Source: an uncultured Syntrophomonadaceae bacterium
GTDB taxonomy: Bacteria; Bacillota; Dethiobacteria; DTU022; PWGO01
NCBI GenBank assembly: GCA_964402625.1
Contig: CAYODA010000002.1
Coordinates: 1-44,277 of the forward strand
Length of the DNA stretch: 44,277 nt
Direction: 5' to 3'
Both the position numbers and the translations under genes were made by a program. This document shows, one piece after another, positions 33,211 through 42,639 of the stretch (positions are counted from its first letter, which is position 1; every line of letters starts with the position of its first letter). The notes under the pieces are model-generated. The model saw only the letters and a program-made list of their open reading frames with translations. It had not been told where the DNA came from and did no database searches.

Positions 33211-34061
33211 GCGAGGTAAAATACACCTATATGCCGGGCACCCCTTTTGAGGTGAAAGCCCTGCAGGGGGTCAGCCTGCAGGTGGAGCGGGGTGAGTTTG
33301 TAGGAATAATGGGTTCCACCGGTTCGGGCAAATCTACCCTCCTGCAGCATTTAAACGGCCTGTTAGAACCCACCGCAGGGACGGTAAAAGTAAACGGCAA
33401 ACCTGTAAAGGCCGGTTCCATCCAGGAGGAAGATGTCTGTGTAGGTCTTGTTTTCCAGCACCCGGAGCAGCAGCTGTTTGCGGAAACAGTCTTCCAGGAA
33501 GTGGCTTTTGGACCGGTTAACCAGGGCCTATCTCCCGGTGAAGTAAGGGAAAGGGTGGAAGAAGCCCTGGAAAAGGTGGAAATGGATCTGTCGGGAATTA
33601 TGGACCGCTCTCCGTTTGAATTAAGCCGGGGACAGATGAGGCGTATAGCCCTGGCAGGCGTTCTGGCCATGCGTCCCCAGCTTCTTATCCTGGATGAACC
33701 TACCTCCGGCCTGGATCCGGAGGGCAGAAGCGAATTTCTGGAATACATTGCCCACCTGCATCAGAAGCTAAAACTTACCCTTATCATGGTTTCTCACCGT
33801 CCTGCTGAATTGATACCGCATGCTAACCGCATACTGGTAATGCATGGCGGTAAAATTCGCCTGGAGGGAGCGCCTGCAGAAGTATTTTCCCGGCCTCAGG
33901 AAATACAGGAAATAGGACTGGAGCTTCCACCCCCGGTGGAGTTGCTTTTAAGGCTACGCCGGGAAGGTTTCCCGGTGGAGGTAACCGCTCTTACCGAGGA
34001 AGAAGCCTGCCGGGAAATAGCCGCCAAAATCAGCGGGGGAGGAGATAACCGTGAGTCGTAG
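33195..34061 (+). CDS. ecfA2: ECF transporter ATPase component EcfA2
   Basis: 288 aa with Walker A GSTGSGKST, signature LSRGQMRR and Walker B LILDEP. Overlaps ecfA1 by 16 nt. Confidence 0.9.
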   Translation: MLLEVSEVKYTYMPGTPFEVKALQGVSLQVERGEFVGIMGSTGSGKSTLLQHLNGLLEPTAGTVKVNGKPVKAGSIQEEDVCVGLVFQHPEQQLFAETVFQEVAFGPVNQGLSPGEVRERVEEALEKVEMDLSGIMDRSPFELSRGQMRRIALAGVLAMRPQLLILDEPTSGLDPEGRSEFLEYIAHLHQKLKLTLIMVSHRPAELIPHANRILVMHGGKIRLEGAPAEVFSRPQEIQEIGLELPPPVELLLRLRREGFPVEVTALTEEEACREIAAKISGGGDNRES

Positions 34062-34848
34062 CATTACTATAGGACAGTACCTCCCCGGAGAAACCTTTAT
34101 GCATCGGCTGGATGCCCGTAGCAAAATCCTCTCTCTACTGCTGATAATTGTGGCCATATTTACGGCATCTACTTTTTCCGGCCTGTTAGTTCTTATGTTC
34201 CTGGTACTGTTGCTGTTAAATCTTTCCCGTGTACCTTTCAACTACCTTTGGAGGGGACTCCGCCCTATTCTGGTGCTGCTGCTGTTAACCCTTTTAATGC
34301 ATCTTTTTTTTACTTCCGGCGGGGTGGTTTTCTGGCGCTGGGGGCCGGTTACTATAGAAGCCGACGGGGTGTACCTGGGAGTTTTTACTGCACTGAGGCT
34401 GGCTATATTAATATTCTTTACCATGCTTACTACCTTGACTACCACCCCTTTATCCCTGACCGGTGCCCTGGAATTCCTGTTAAAGCCGCTAAATTACATC
34501 AGGTTCCCCGTTTCAGAAATGACCATGATTATCATGATATCACTTCGTTTTATTCCTACTCTAATGGAAGAAAGCAGCCGTATTGTAAAGGCTCAAATGG
34601 CCCGGGGAGCAAAAATCGGTGAAGGAAATATTATACAGAAAGCACGTTCCCTGGTACCCGTAGTAGTACCCCTGTTTATAAGTGCCTTTCGCAGAGCAGA
34701 AGAACTGGCTACTGCCATGGAAGCCCGCTGCTACCAGGCCGGGATAAAAAGGACCAGCCTTCGAGTAAACAGGCCGACAAAAGCGGATTACGCAGCAGTC
34801 GTTTGCTCTTCTGCCCTGGCAGCAGCCATGATTCTAACGCCGTGGTGA
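34051..34848 (+). CDS. ecfT: ECF transporter transmembrane component EcfT
   Basis: 265 aa polytopic membrane protein with the ARG motif region (AQMARGAK; FRRAEELATAMEARCY) typical of EcfT/CbiQ. Confidence 0.88.
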   Translation: MSRSITIGQYLPGETFMHRLDARSKILSLLLIIVAIFTASTFSGLLVLMFLVLLLLNLSRVPFNYLWRGLRPILVLLLLTLLMHLFFTSGGVVFWRWGPVTIEADGVYLGVFTALRLAILIFFTMLTTLTTTPLSLTGALEFLLKPLNYIRFPVSEMTMIIMISLRFIPTLMEESSRIVKAQMARGAKIGEGNIIQKARSLVPVVVPLFISAFRRAEELATAMEARCYQAGIKRTSLRVNRPTKADYAAVVCSSALAAAMILTPW

Positions 34849-34924
34849 AAGCCGGAGTATATAATTATTATATTGACCAGATCAGGTGGGAAATACTGAC
34901 TGTTTAAAAAGAGGTGCTGCTTAA

Positions 34925-35680
34925 GTGCAGAACGTATTGATCCGGGTGGCCTACGACGGAACCGGGTTTCACGGTTTTCAGAAGCAGAAAAATGAACGAA
35001 CCGTACAGGGTGAGCTGGAACAAGCCCTGGGAAAGCTGTATGGGGAGGAGATAAAAACCACTGCAGCGGGACGCACTGATGCCGGGGCTCATGCCAGGGA
35101 ACAGGCGGTAAATTTCCAGGCATCTCCGCGGCTCCCTGTGGAACGCGTGCCCCGGGCAGCAAACGGTTTGTTGCCTCCGGACCTGGTAATATGGAGTTCC
35201 TGTTTGGTGCCCCCTGACTTTAATTCCCGGTTCGAAGCACGGGGCAAAGTTTACAGCTACACTATTGATAACGCGGAATTTCCGCAGCCTCTAAACCGCC
35301 TTTATGCCTGGCACTGTCCTGACAGGCTGGATCTTAACAAAATGCAGGAGACAGCAGGCATGCTTGAAGGGACTCATGATTTTAAAGAATTTCAAGCATC
35401 TGGCAGCAGTGCCGAGACTACCGTGCGCACCATTTTTCAGGTGAAAGTAAAAGAAATCCCGGCGTGCAGCCTGGTGCAAATAACTGTAGTCGGTGAAGGT
35501 TTTTTATACAAGATGGTGCGCTTTGTGGCGGGTGCCCTGGTACGTGTGGGACAGCACCGGCTGAAGCCTGAGAGTGTTCAAGAAGTGTTATGGGGAAAAT
35601 CCGCCAGAAAGTGGGAGGCGCTGCCTGCGAAGGGGCTGTGCCTGGAAAAAATCTTTTTCAATAACAGCGGTTTACCTTGA
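34925..35680 (+). CDS. truA: tRNA pseudouridine(38-40) synthase TruA
   Basis: 251 aa, VAYDGTGFHGFQKQ...AAGRTDAGAHA catalytic Asp motif. Confidence 0.93.
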   Translation: MQNVLIRVAYDGTGFHGFQKQKNERTVQGELEQALGKLYGEEIKTTAAGRTDAGAHAREQAVNFQASPRLPVERVPRAANGLLPPDLVIWSSCLVPPDFNSRFEARGKVYSYTIDNAEFPQPLNRLYAWHCPDRLDLNKMQETAGMLEGTHDFKEFQASGSSAETTVRTIFQVKVKEIPACSLVQITVVGEGFLYKMVRFVAGALVRVGQHRLKPESVQEVLWGKSARKWEALPAKGLCLEKIFFNNSGLP

Positions 35681-35776
35681 CAGTTACATCAGGGTATAAT
35701 AAAATGAATCGCGTGGCTCTAAATAATTGTGTGAATAGTAAAGATTAAGGTAAGAGTGCTTTTAGGAGGGCAAAAT

Positions 35777-36238
35777 ATGACGGTAAAAACCTATATGGCT
35801 AAACCCGGTGAAATAGAAAAGAAGTGGTACATTCTGGATGCTGCCAACCAGCCCCTGGGGCGCCTTGCTACCCAGGCAGCCAGTATACTAAAAGGAAAAC
35901 ACAAGCCGGAATATACTCCTCATGTGGATACCGGGGATCATGTAATAATTATTAACGCAGAAAAAGTGGTTTTGACAGGCAAAAAGCTGCAGCAAAAACA
36001 ATATTACAAACATTCCGGGTATCCCGGGGGACTAAAAAAGAAAAATTATGAAGAACTGCTTCAGGACAAACCGGAAAGGGCGGTTTTCCAGGCTGTAAAA
36101 GGTATGCTTCCCGGTAACAAGCTGGGAAGGGCCATGCTCAAAAAGCTTAGAGTTTACCGCGGCAGTTCCCACCCCCATGAAGCTCAAAAACCCGAGTTTT
36201 GGGAATCAGGAAACCCGGGACGGGGAAAGGAGGGGTAA
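35777..36238 (+). CDS. rplM: 50S ribosomal protein L13
   Basis: The ATG at 35777 gives [22 protein letters not shown] after the GGAGGG SD. The track start 35756 is a 5' extension. Confidence 0.95.
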   Translation: MTVKTYMAKPGEIEKKWYILDAANQPLGRLATQAASILKGKHKPEYTPHVDTGDHVIIINAEKVVLTGKKLQQKQYYKHSGYPGGLKKKNYEELLQDKPERAVFQAVKGMLPGNKLGRAMLKKLRVYRGSSHPHEAQKPEFWESGNPGRGKEG

Positions 36239-36241
36239 GAG

Positions 36242-36634
36242 TTGGCTCAGTTGCAGTATAACGGAACCGGTCGTAGGAAAAAAGCCGTTGCGAGAGTAAG
36301 GCTGGTAGCAGGTGAAGGAAATGTAACCGTAAACGGCAAAGATATAGACGAATATTTTCCCCTGGAAACTCTCAAGGTTAACGTTAGAGAACCGCTGGAA
36401 ACAGTCGGTGTAGCCGGTAGTTATGACGTTATTGTCAGGGTACACGGGGGAGGAATGTCCGGCCAGGCCGGGGCGGTTCGCCACGGTATAGCCAGGGCTC
36501 TTTTGGAAGCCAGCCCCGATTTCCGGCAGACGCTTAAAAAAGCGGGCTACCTCACGCGTGACCCGCGCATGAAAGAGCGCAAGAAGTACGGACTCAGGAA
36601 AGCTCGCCGTGCTCCGCAATTTTCCAAGAGGTAA
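36242..36634 (+). CDS. rpsI: 30S ribosomal protein S9
   Basis: 130 aa, [16 protein letters not shown]...[17 protein letters not shown] start. Confidence 0.96.
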   Translation: MAQLQYNGTGRRKKAVARVRLVAGEGNVTVNGKDIDEYFPLETLKVNVREPLETVGVAGSYDVIVRVHGGGMSGQAGAVRHGIARALLEASPDFRQTLKKAGYLTRDPRMKERKKYGLRKARRAPQFSKR

Positions 36635-36678
36635 TTTTAAGGGAAGCGGGTATTATTTTAAAAAAATATGTAATCCAG

Positions 36679-36707
36679 GAAGGTGCCTTTACCGGGCACC
36701 TTTTTTG
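36679..36707 (+). terminator. Rho-independent terminator ending the rplM-rpsI operon
   Basis: Stem aggtgcc (36681-36687) / ggcacct (36695-36701), 7-nt loop, then TTTTTT. Confidence 0.8.
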
Positions 36708-36955
36708 ATTCGGAAAACCACCTTTGCGGATAGTTTGCTCCTCTGGAAAAACGGTTTAAAGAGTAAAAATCCGGTTTTCTTCAAAAGGTCTTCAAAAGGA
36801 AAAAAAGGTTTTGCATAGAATCTAAAGTTAAACGTTTTTTTACTAAAGAAATGTACTCAACAATTTATATGTTTATTTATAGTTGAATGCAGTCCAATAG
36901 CGACGCATATAAATGACCGGGGATTTCCCTGGAAACAGGTTATACAGGAGGATAT

Positions 36956-39900
36956 ATGGGAGATACAGGGAAAAACGCTAACAAGCTGATTCTTGGAAGA
37001 GGAGAAGGGCTGGAGGAATACCTCCGGGAAAGCATAGAAGCCTGCAAACAGGAAAACCCCCTGCAGCCTCTCCGGGTGGTGGTAGACACCAACCTGACCG
37101 GGGTATATTTGAGACGGCTGCTGGCCCGGCGGGGGACCAGCCACCTCAACGTGCGCTTTTCTACATTTACCGACCTGGCCCGCGAGATGAGTGAAAAAAA
37201 CCTGCAGACGGATGCGGCGGTTCTGCCTTATTACGGGGGGGAACGGCTCCTGCAGAAGATAGTGTCCTCTATAGATGCATCCTCCTACTTTGCCCCGGTA
37301 TCACGCCATACGGGTTTTACGGAAGCCTTGAAGGCTACCTTCCAGGAGCTCAGGGAAGCCGGGTTGGAAGAGATTGAATCCCGGGCCCGGGGAGTAGATT
37401 CCGGCAAAAAAGAACTGTTGAACCTGCTGTACCGAGAGTACCTGAATCACCTGGGTGATTTCCGGGATGAGGCCGCCATGTACCGGGCAGCCAGGGATGC
37501 ACCCGCCGAAGGGCTCCCGGACTGGCCTGTTCTTTACTTTTACGGTATTTACCGGCTCACCTGGCGCCAGGAGGAGCTGCTTTTAAAGCTGGCCGGGCAT
37601 CTTTCGGTCCATGTATTTATGCATAAAGCCGCGGCCCATAATTCGCGGGGGAACCGGTTGATAGAGTGGTTCCGGGAAGCCGGCTTTGAACTGGACAACC
37701 TCCCTCCTCCCTCCGGATCTGGCGATGGCAAAGGCAGTCGGCGGGGGATTTTGCAGGAGGGTTTGCTAAAGAAGAATATTGCTGCAGGAAACAACCAGGA
37801 GGGAGAAAGCGGAGAAGAAGATAATTCCCTGGAGATATGGTCGACCCCGGGTGAAGTAGAAGAAGCCCACGAGATCGGCCGCCGGATGCTGGAGCTGGCC
37901 CGCCTTGGTTACCGTTTCCGGGACATGGCGGTTTTGATAAAGGATTCCGGATACATACCCCTGTTGCAGGAGACCTTTGCTTCCCGGGGGATACCCTGTT
38001 ATTCTCCTTCCGGTAGGAACCTGGATGCTACTGCTCCAGGCCGTTCCCTGCTCTTGTGTTTGCAGCTCTGGGGCAGTGCCTGGAACAGGAAGCAGGTGAT
38101 GGAAGTGCTGACCAGCGCCCCTTTTGCCTTTTCCAGGATTACCGGCAGTTCCCGGGAAGTTTCTACTGCACTCTGGGATTATTTTTCCGTGGAAGCCGGT
38201 ATTACCCGGGGAATAGATAGCTGGGAAAAACAGTTATCCCACCTGGAAGACAAATACCGCCGGATGCTGGAAGCACAACAATCAAAGCACGGAAGAAATA
38301 CCAGTGGAGCGGATGATGAAGATACAGTGGGCACCGGAGATCCGGAGTGGCAGCTGCAGCAGCTTAAACTGTTCCGTTACTTCCTGGCGGAGCTTCAGAA
38401 AAACCTGGAAGCTTTTCCCGGCCGGGACAGCTGGCCCGCTTTTGTAGAACGCCTGGAATTTTTTGTTAAATTATTTTTCCGTGAAACCCGTGAGCAAGAA
38501 GAGGTATTAAAGTCGTTGGGACTGCTGCGTTCTTTGGGGCGCCTGGAAGAAGATGTTTCCCTGGAGGAGTTTCGCGACCTGGTTTCCAGGGTTATCAAGG
38601 AAACCACTTGCCCCCGGGGAAACTTTCAAAAAGACGGTGTTAACCTTTTACCCTTGAAAAGCGCCCTTAACCTCCGCTTTCCCGTGGTTTTTCTCCCGGG
38701 GATGCTGGAAAAAGTTTACCCTTCGCCTTTCCGGCAGGACCCTCTCCTGTTGGAGGAAGAGAGGAAGGGCATCCCGGGGCTACCCTTAAGGCGGGAAACC
38801 CTGCAGGAAGACAGGCTGCATTTTTCCCTGGCCTTGCAAAGCTCAACTGACAGGCTTTACCTCTCCTATCCCCGACAGGACAGCCGGAGTGGCAGGGAGC
38901 TGGTGCCTTCCCACTATCTGCTGGAAGCAGGGGAGTTACTCTGCGGCGGACGTCTTACCCTGGACGGGGTGCAGGAGATCCCGGGTTACCGCCACATAAA
39001 TACACTGCAAGATATACCGGTGGAAAAAGCTTTAACCCGGGATGAATTTAACCTGATAATCTCCCAAAAAGTCTCCGGAGAGGTATTAAACTCTTATTTT
39101 CGCGGGGAGATTCCCTGGTGGAACAGGGTGCGCCATAAGGCAGCCTGCCACAGCCGTAGAGAGTTGACCCGGTACGAGGGTATGTTGGAAGAGCCGGGGG
39201 TTAAAGAAAACATTCTTTCATTTTACAGTCCTTACAAGAGGACACTTTCCGTAACCTACCTGGAAAACTACCTGGCCTGCCCTTACCGTTTTTTCCTGGA
39301 GAGGATGCTTCGGGCAGTACCCTGGGAAGAGCCCGAAGAGCGACTACGGCTGGAAGGGCTGGACCGGGGGTCCCTGATTCACGAAGCCCTGGAGATGTTC
39401 TACCGGCAGGCCCAAAAGGAAGGCCTGCTTCCGCTTACCCCGCCTGGTTTGCCCCGGGCCCGGGAACTTATGTGGGAGATACTGGAACCTCGTTTCCGAA
39501 AAGCGGAAGAGGCCAACCTGACCGGCTACCGCCTGGTATGGGAAATAGACCGGGAGAATATTGCCTCGGAAATGATGGAATTCCTGGAGCACGAGGCCCA
39601 AAAGGATACGGGAAGGGTGCCGTGGCAGTTTGAAATTGTTTTTGGCGAATCCGGAACTTTTCGGCACAGTCACGTAGAAAGCACGAGAGGTAACCGGCTG
39701 GAACAGCCGGTGGTGGTAGAACCGGCATCTTTCGGGCCATATTCCGGGCAGAAGCTGTTTTTCCGGGGCAGGATCGACCGGGTGGATGCGGGCCCGGGGG
39801 AAAATCTCAGGGTTTTGGATTACAAAACCGGCAAAGTAAATTTAACTTCCAAAAAACTGAAGGAGAATATTTCCCTGCAGCTGTCCCTCTACCTGCTGGC

Positions 39901-40222
39901 GGCCCGGGAACTCTTTGGCAGCAGGTCCCTGGAGCAGGTAGAAGCAGCTTTCCTTTACCTCTCCCGCCGGGAAGGATACCCGGAGTTGATACTGGAAGGC
40001 AAAGAGTGGGCGGAAAAAGAAGAGCAGTTTAAAGAGAAACTGGCCGACACCTGTCGCCTGCTGGAAGAGGGCTGCTATTTTCCCTATCCCGGGGATGCCT
40101 GCCGCTGGTGTTCTTACACCGCTGTATGCGGGCCCGAGATACAGCAGCTTATGTATTTAAAAGAAGGAGATAAACGCATGCAGGATTTGGCCCACTTAAA
40201 AGAAGGGCTGGTTAGCGGCTGA
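36956..40222 (+). CDS. AddB-like protein: degenerate UvrD-like helicase N-region plus C-terminal RecB-family PD-(D/E)XK nuclease with 4Fe-4S cysteine staple
   Basis: 1088 aa. Nuclease motifs GRIDRVD (~39766-39786), LDYKTGK (DYK at 39818-39826) and QLSLYLLA. Cys at 39278 (YLACPYRFF) plus C-x2-C-x5-C at 40100-40129 (CRWCSYTAVC). No GxxxxGK[ST] found by eye. CAGGAGG SD. Confidence 0.75.
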   Translation: MGDTGKNANKLILGRGEGLEEYLRESIEACKQENPLQPLRVVVDTNLTGVYLRRLLARRGTSHLNVRFSTFTDLAREMSEKNLQTDAAVLPYYGGERLLQKIVSSIDASSYFAPVSRHTGFTEALKATFQELREAGLEEIESRARGVDSGKKELLNLLYREYLNHLGDFRDEAAMYRAARDAPAEGLPDWPVLYFYGIYRLTWRQEELLLKLAGHLSVHVFMHKAAAHNSRGNRLIEWFREAGFELDNLPPPSGSGDGKGSRRGILQEGLLKKNIAAGNNQEGESGEEDNSLEIWSTPGEVEEAHEIGRRMLELARLGYRFRDMAVLIKDSGYIPLLQETFASRGIPCYSPSGRNLDATAPGRSLLLCLQLWGSAWNRKQVMEVLTSAPFAFSRITGSSREVSTALWDYFSVEAGITRGIDSWEKQLSHLEDKYRRMLEAQQSKHGRNTSGADDEDTVGTGDPEWQLQQLKLFRYFLAELQKNLEAFPGRDSWPAFVERLEFFVKLFFRETREQEEVLKSLGLLRSLGRLEEDVSLEEFRDLVSRVIKETTCPRGNFQKDGVNLLPLKSALNLRFPVVFLPGMLEKVYPSPFRQDPLLLEEERKGIPGLPLRRETLQEDRLHFSLALQSSTDRLYLSYPRQDSRSGRELVPSHYLLEAGELLCGGRLTLDGVQEIPGYRHINTLQDIPVEKALTRDEFNLIISQKVSGEVLNSYFRGEIPWWNRVRHKAACHSRRELTRYEGMLEEPGVKENILSFYSPYKRTLSVTYLENYLACPYRFFLERMLRAVPWEEPEERLRLEGLDRGSLIHEALEMFYRQAQKEGLLPLTPPGLPRARELMWEILEPRFRKAEEANLTGYRLVWEIDRENIASEMMEFLEHEAQKDTGRVPWQFEIVFGESGTFRHSHVESTRGNRLEQPVVVEPASFGPYSGQKLFFRGRIDRVDAGPGENLRVLDYKTGKVNLTSKKLKENISLQLSLYLLAARELFGSRSLEQVEAAFLYLSRREGYPELILEGKEWAEKEEQFKEKLADTCRLLEEGCYFPYPGDACRWCSYTAVCGPEIQQLMYLKEGDKRMQDLAHLKEGLVSG

Positions 40223-40332
40223 ACCGCCTTCAGGTAAAGAAAACCGGTACAAAGCCAGGCCAACAGGTTGCATGTGAGAGTAGGTGAAAGTGGAGTTTTC
40301 CCCCGAGTTTATCAGGCAAAAATAGTTTAAAA

Positions 40333-41040
40333 TTACAACAGGCCGTTTTCTGTCTCTTTTATAATCCATCCATCCTCCTGCCAGCTAACATCCAGATCAG
40401 CGGGAACTTCCAGGTAAATAAGTCGATCGGCTTTTCCCCTAAAATAGTCATGTTCTGTGGCGTGAACTCCTTTAGCGGTAAACTGGGCTGTAGTAAAATC
40501 CTGGGCGAAATGCAGCATTTTAATTCTATAGTATTCGATAAACATTTGATGCCCGGAGATTTCTACTTTCAAGGCTTCGTTAAAGGGGGGAGCCTCTGAT
40601 AGCACGTATATTTTTATAGTGTCGGCAATCTCCTTGCTTTTTTTAATTGCAGCAGGTGGTGTGCGGTGTTGATTTCGAGAATTTATGTGGAGATGATCTC
40701 CTGTATAATCCAGGGTTTTTTCTTCTATTGTTTGAATTTCCTCCATTTTATTTATCCCGTTATTGGTTAACCGGTTAAATAGATTTTCTCGGGGTAAAAT
40801 TTCCTCACTGTTTCTCTGACCCGGGTACTCTTCACTGTAAACTTCGTGTGGAATAGCCACGCTGTTGGGCAACACCCACCCGTAGTACAGGAAGACGGCG
40901 GCCAGCAGTAACCCGGTATAGACTCCGAAAGATATCATCACCTTGTTCAGGCGCAGACTTGCCCTGTTGGATAAAATAATCAACCCCACAATTATTCCAC
41001 CTGTTACTAAATAGGGTAATATCAGCAAAAGAGGGCTCAT
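40333..41040 (-). CDS. hypothetical membrane-anchored protein (two N-terminal TM helices plus ~180-aa soluble domain)
   Basis: 235-aa ORF. Hydrophobic segments at residues ~3-24 and ~35-56. ATGA start/stop overlap with the upstream gene. I recognise no family. Confidence 0.6.
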   Translation of the reverse strand: MSPLLLILPYLVTGGIIVGLIILSNRASLRLNKVMISFGVYTGLLLAAVFLYYGWVLPNSVAIPHEVYSEEYPGQRNSEEILPRENLFNRLTNNGINKMEEIQTIEEKTLDYTGDHLHINSRNQHRTPPAAIKKSKEIADTIKIYVLSEAPPFNEALKVEISGHQMFIEYYRIKMLHFAQDFTTAQFTAKGVHATEHDYFRGKADRLIYLEVPADLDVSWQEDGWIIKETENGLL

Positions 41041-41756
41041 TTTATTACCTCCATTCGGTTAAAGAGTACCATGGTTCCCCCGTAAAGCAGGCTGGCAGAC
41101 AGTAACGTTTTTAAAATTAAAAGAAGGGGGGAGCTTTCCTGGGTAAAGAAAAAGATTGCTTCCATGAAAAGAGGAGCGTCTTCTTTTACTGGTATAAACA
41201 GGGTTCCAATAGCAAGCGCCGGTATAAGCACGGTAAACACCCTGCTTTTGCGTACCAGCGTACCTACCAGGTAGCCCAGGGAACCGGCCAGGGAGGTATA
41301 AAGAAAGCCCGACAGTGCTGACCCCAGCAGGACCAGCGGTCCCAGGGGAGCAACTAGGGCGCCTCCGTGAATGTAGTACATGACCACCCGCAGTAGCATT
41401 CCGCATAAGACGGCGGTAAGAGTGCCTAAAGCAGCGGAGCTTAAAAGAAAGGCCAGACTGGCCAGGCTGATGCTCCGGCGGTTGGATATAAAAGTTAAAT
41501 CGAGATCCAGGCTGTACCTGGCTACATGAATTGCTGTGGAAAATACCCAGATAAGAGTAAATATAAATATAATATCAAATGAAACGTGCAAAACCCTGAA
41601 AGAGCCTCCGCCGCTGCTGCCCACCCCTCCCAGGGAAAAAAGCAGGCCCGCCAGCTGCAGGACAATTAGCGTAATAAACCATGTGGCATAAGCTTTAAAC
41701 TTGTAAAGGTACAGTTTTTTGACTGTACCTTTAAAGCTGATTTCGTTCAAATACAC
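41037..41756 (-). CDS. polytopic membrane protein, probable permease partner of the adjacent ABC ATPase
   Basis: About 6 hydrophobic helices. The GTG at 41756 lies 7 nt after AGGAGGG; the track start 41795 has no SD and overlaps the ATPase by 65 nt. Confidence 0.6.
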   Translation of the reverse strand: MYLNEISFKGTVKKLYLYKFKAYATWFITLIVLQLAGLLFSLGGVGSSGGGSFRVLHVSFDIIFIFTLIWVFSTAIHVARYSLDLDLTFISNRRSISLASLAFLLSSAALGTLTAVLCGMLLRVVMYYIHGGALVAPLGPLVLLGSALSGFLYTSLAGSLGYLVGTLVRKSRVFTVLIPALAIGTLFIPVKEDAPLFMEAIFFFTQESSPLLLILKTLLSASLLYGGTMVLFNRMEVIK

Positions 41757-42639
41757 GGTCGATCCCTCCTTCTTCTCTGGCGGTAAGGTATGCACAGGTT
41801 TCCTCCGGTGAAACCGGGATCACTTCTATTCCCTTAAGACCGGCTTCCCGGAGTTGTTCCCGGGTAAAACTGTTAATTGCTACAGTATAAACGCTGTCTT
41901 TACCCAGTTTCTTTTGATAGAGTATTTCTGTGTCACCGATAAAATCTTTGACCGCCTTTTCATTCCCCTGCAGGCCTACTGTGTAATTTTTAAGCATGTG
42001 CGTGGACAGGTGCAGGTATTTCTGCCCCCGGTCTATAAGTAGCACTTCATCCAGCAGGTGCTCCACTTCGTTGAGCAGGTGGCTGGAGAGTATTACGGTG
42101 CGCGGGTGCTGCATGAAGTCTTTGAGCAGGGCCCGGTAGAAATCTTTCCTGGCTGCTGCGTCCATTCCCAGGGTAGGTTCGTCAAATACAGTCAGGGAGC
42201 AGCGAGTAGAAAGCCCGAAAACGGAATTAAAAATACTCTTCATTCCCCTGGAAAGCTTTTTGTGGCGCCGGTGTAGAGGAATATTAAAGTATTCCAGCAG
42301 CCCCAGGGCCAGGGAGTGGTTCCAGCAGGGATAAAAAGCAGCAGCAGTGTGAAGAATTTCTTCCAGGGAAAGCAATTCCGGGAAGTTTACGTTTTCCCCG
42401 ATAAAGACCAGGTTGGCGGACACCTCCAGGTTGTTGAAGGGGTCCCAGGAAAAAACCTTGACTTTGCCTCGGTCGGGAAGAAGATGTCCGGCGATAATAT
42501 TTAAAAGAGTGGTTTTCCCGGCACCGTTGCGCCCGATCAACCCGGTGATTTTCCCGGGCATAAGCTCGAAAGAAATCTCTTTTAGCGCAGGGGTCTTTCC
42601 AAACGCTTTACCCACGTTGCTACATTCCACCAAATTCAT
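41731..42639 (-). CDS. ABC transporter ATP-binding protein (ABC-2/YtrB-like)
   Basis: 302 aa with Walker A GRNGAGKTT, signature LSRGMKS and Walker B TVFDEP. ATGA overlap with the regulator gene. Confidence 0.88.
   Translation of the reverse strand: MNLVECSNVGKAFGKTPALKEISFELMPGKITGLIGRNGAGKTTLLNIIAGHLLPDRGKVKVFSWDPFNNLEVSANLVFIGENVNFPELLSLEEILHTAAAFYPCWNHSLALGLLEYFNIPLHRRHKKLSRGMKSIFNSVFGLSTRCSLTVFDEPTLGMDAAARKDFYRALLKDFMQHPRTVILSSHLLNEVEHLLDEVLLIDRGQKYLHLSTHMLKNYTVGLQGNEKAVKDFIGDTEILYQKKLGKDSVYTVAINSFTREQLREAGLKGIEVIPVSPEETCAYLTAREEGGIDRVFERNQL

Noticed and set aside
35677-35700. TTGACA ... TATAAT upstream of rplM as a promoter.
   Set aside because: The spacer is only 12 nt (35683-35694), which is incompatible with sigma-A geometry. 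The TATAAT may still act with another -35, but I cannot support that.
36609-36818. 69-aa + strand ORF overlapping the rpsI 3' end and running through its terminator.
   Set aside because: It spans a clear intrinsic terminator, has no SD, and gives a basic low-complexity translation. It is most likely non-coding.
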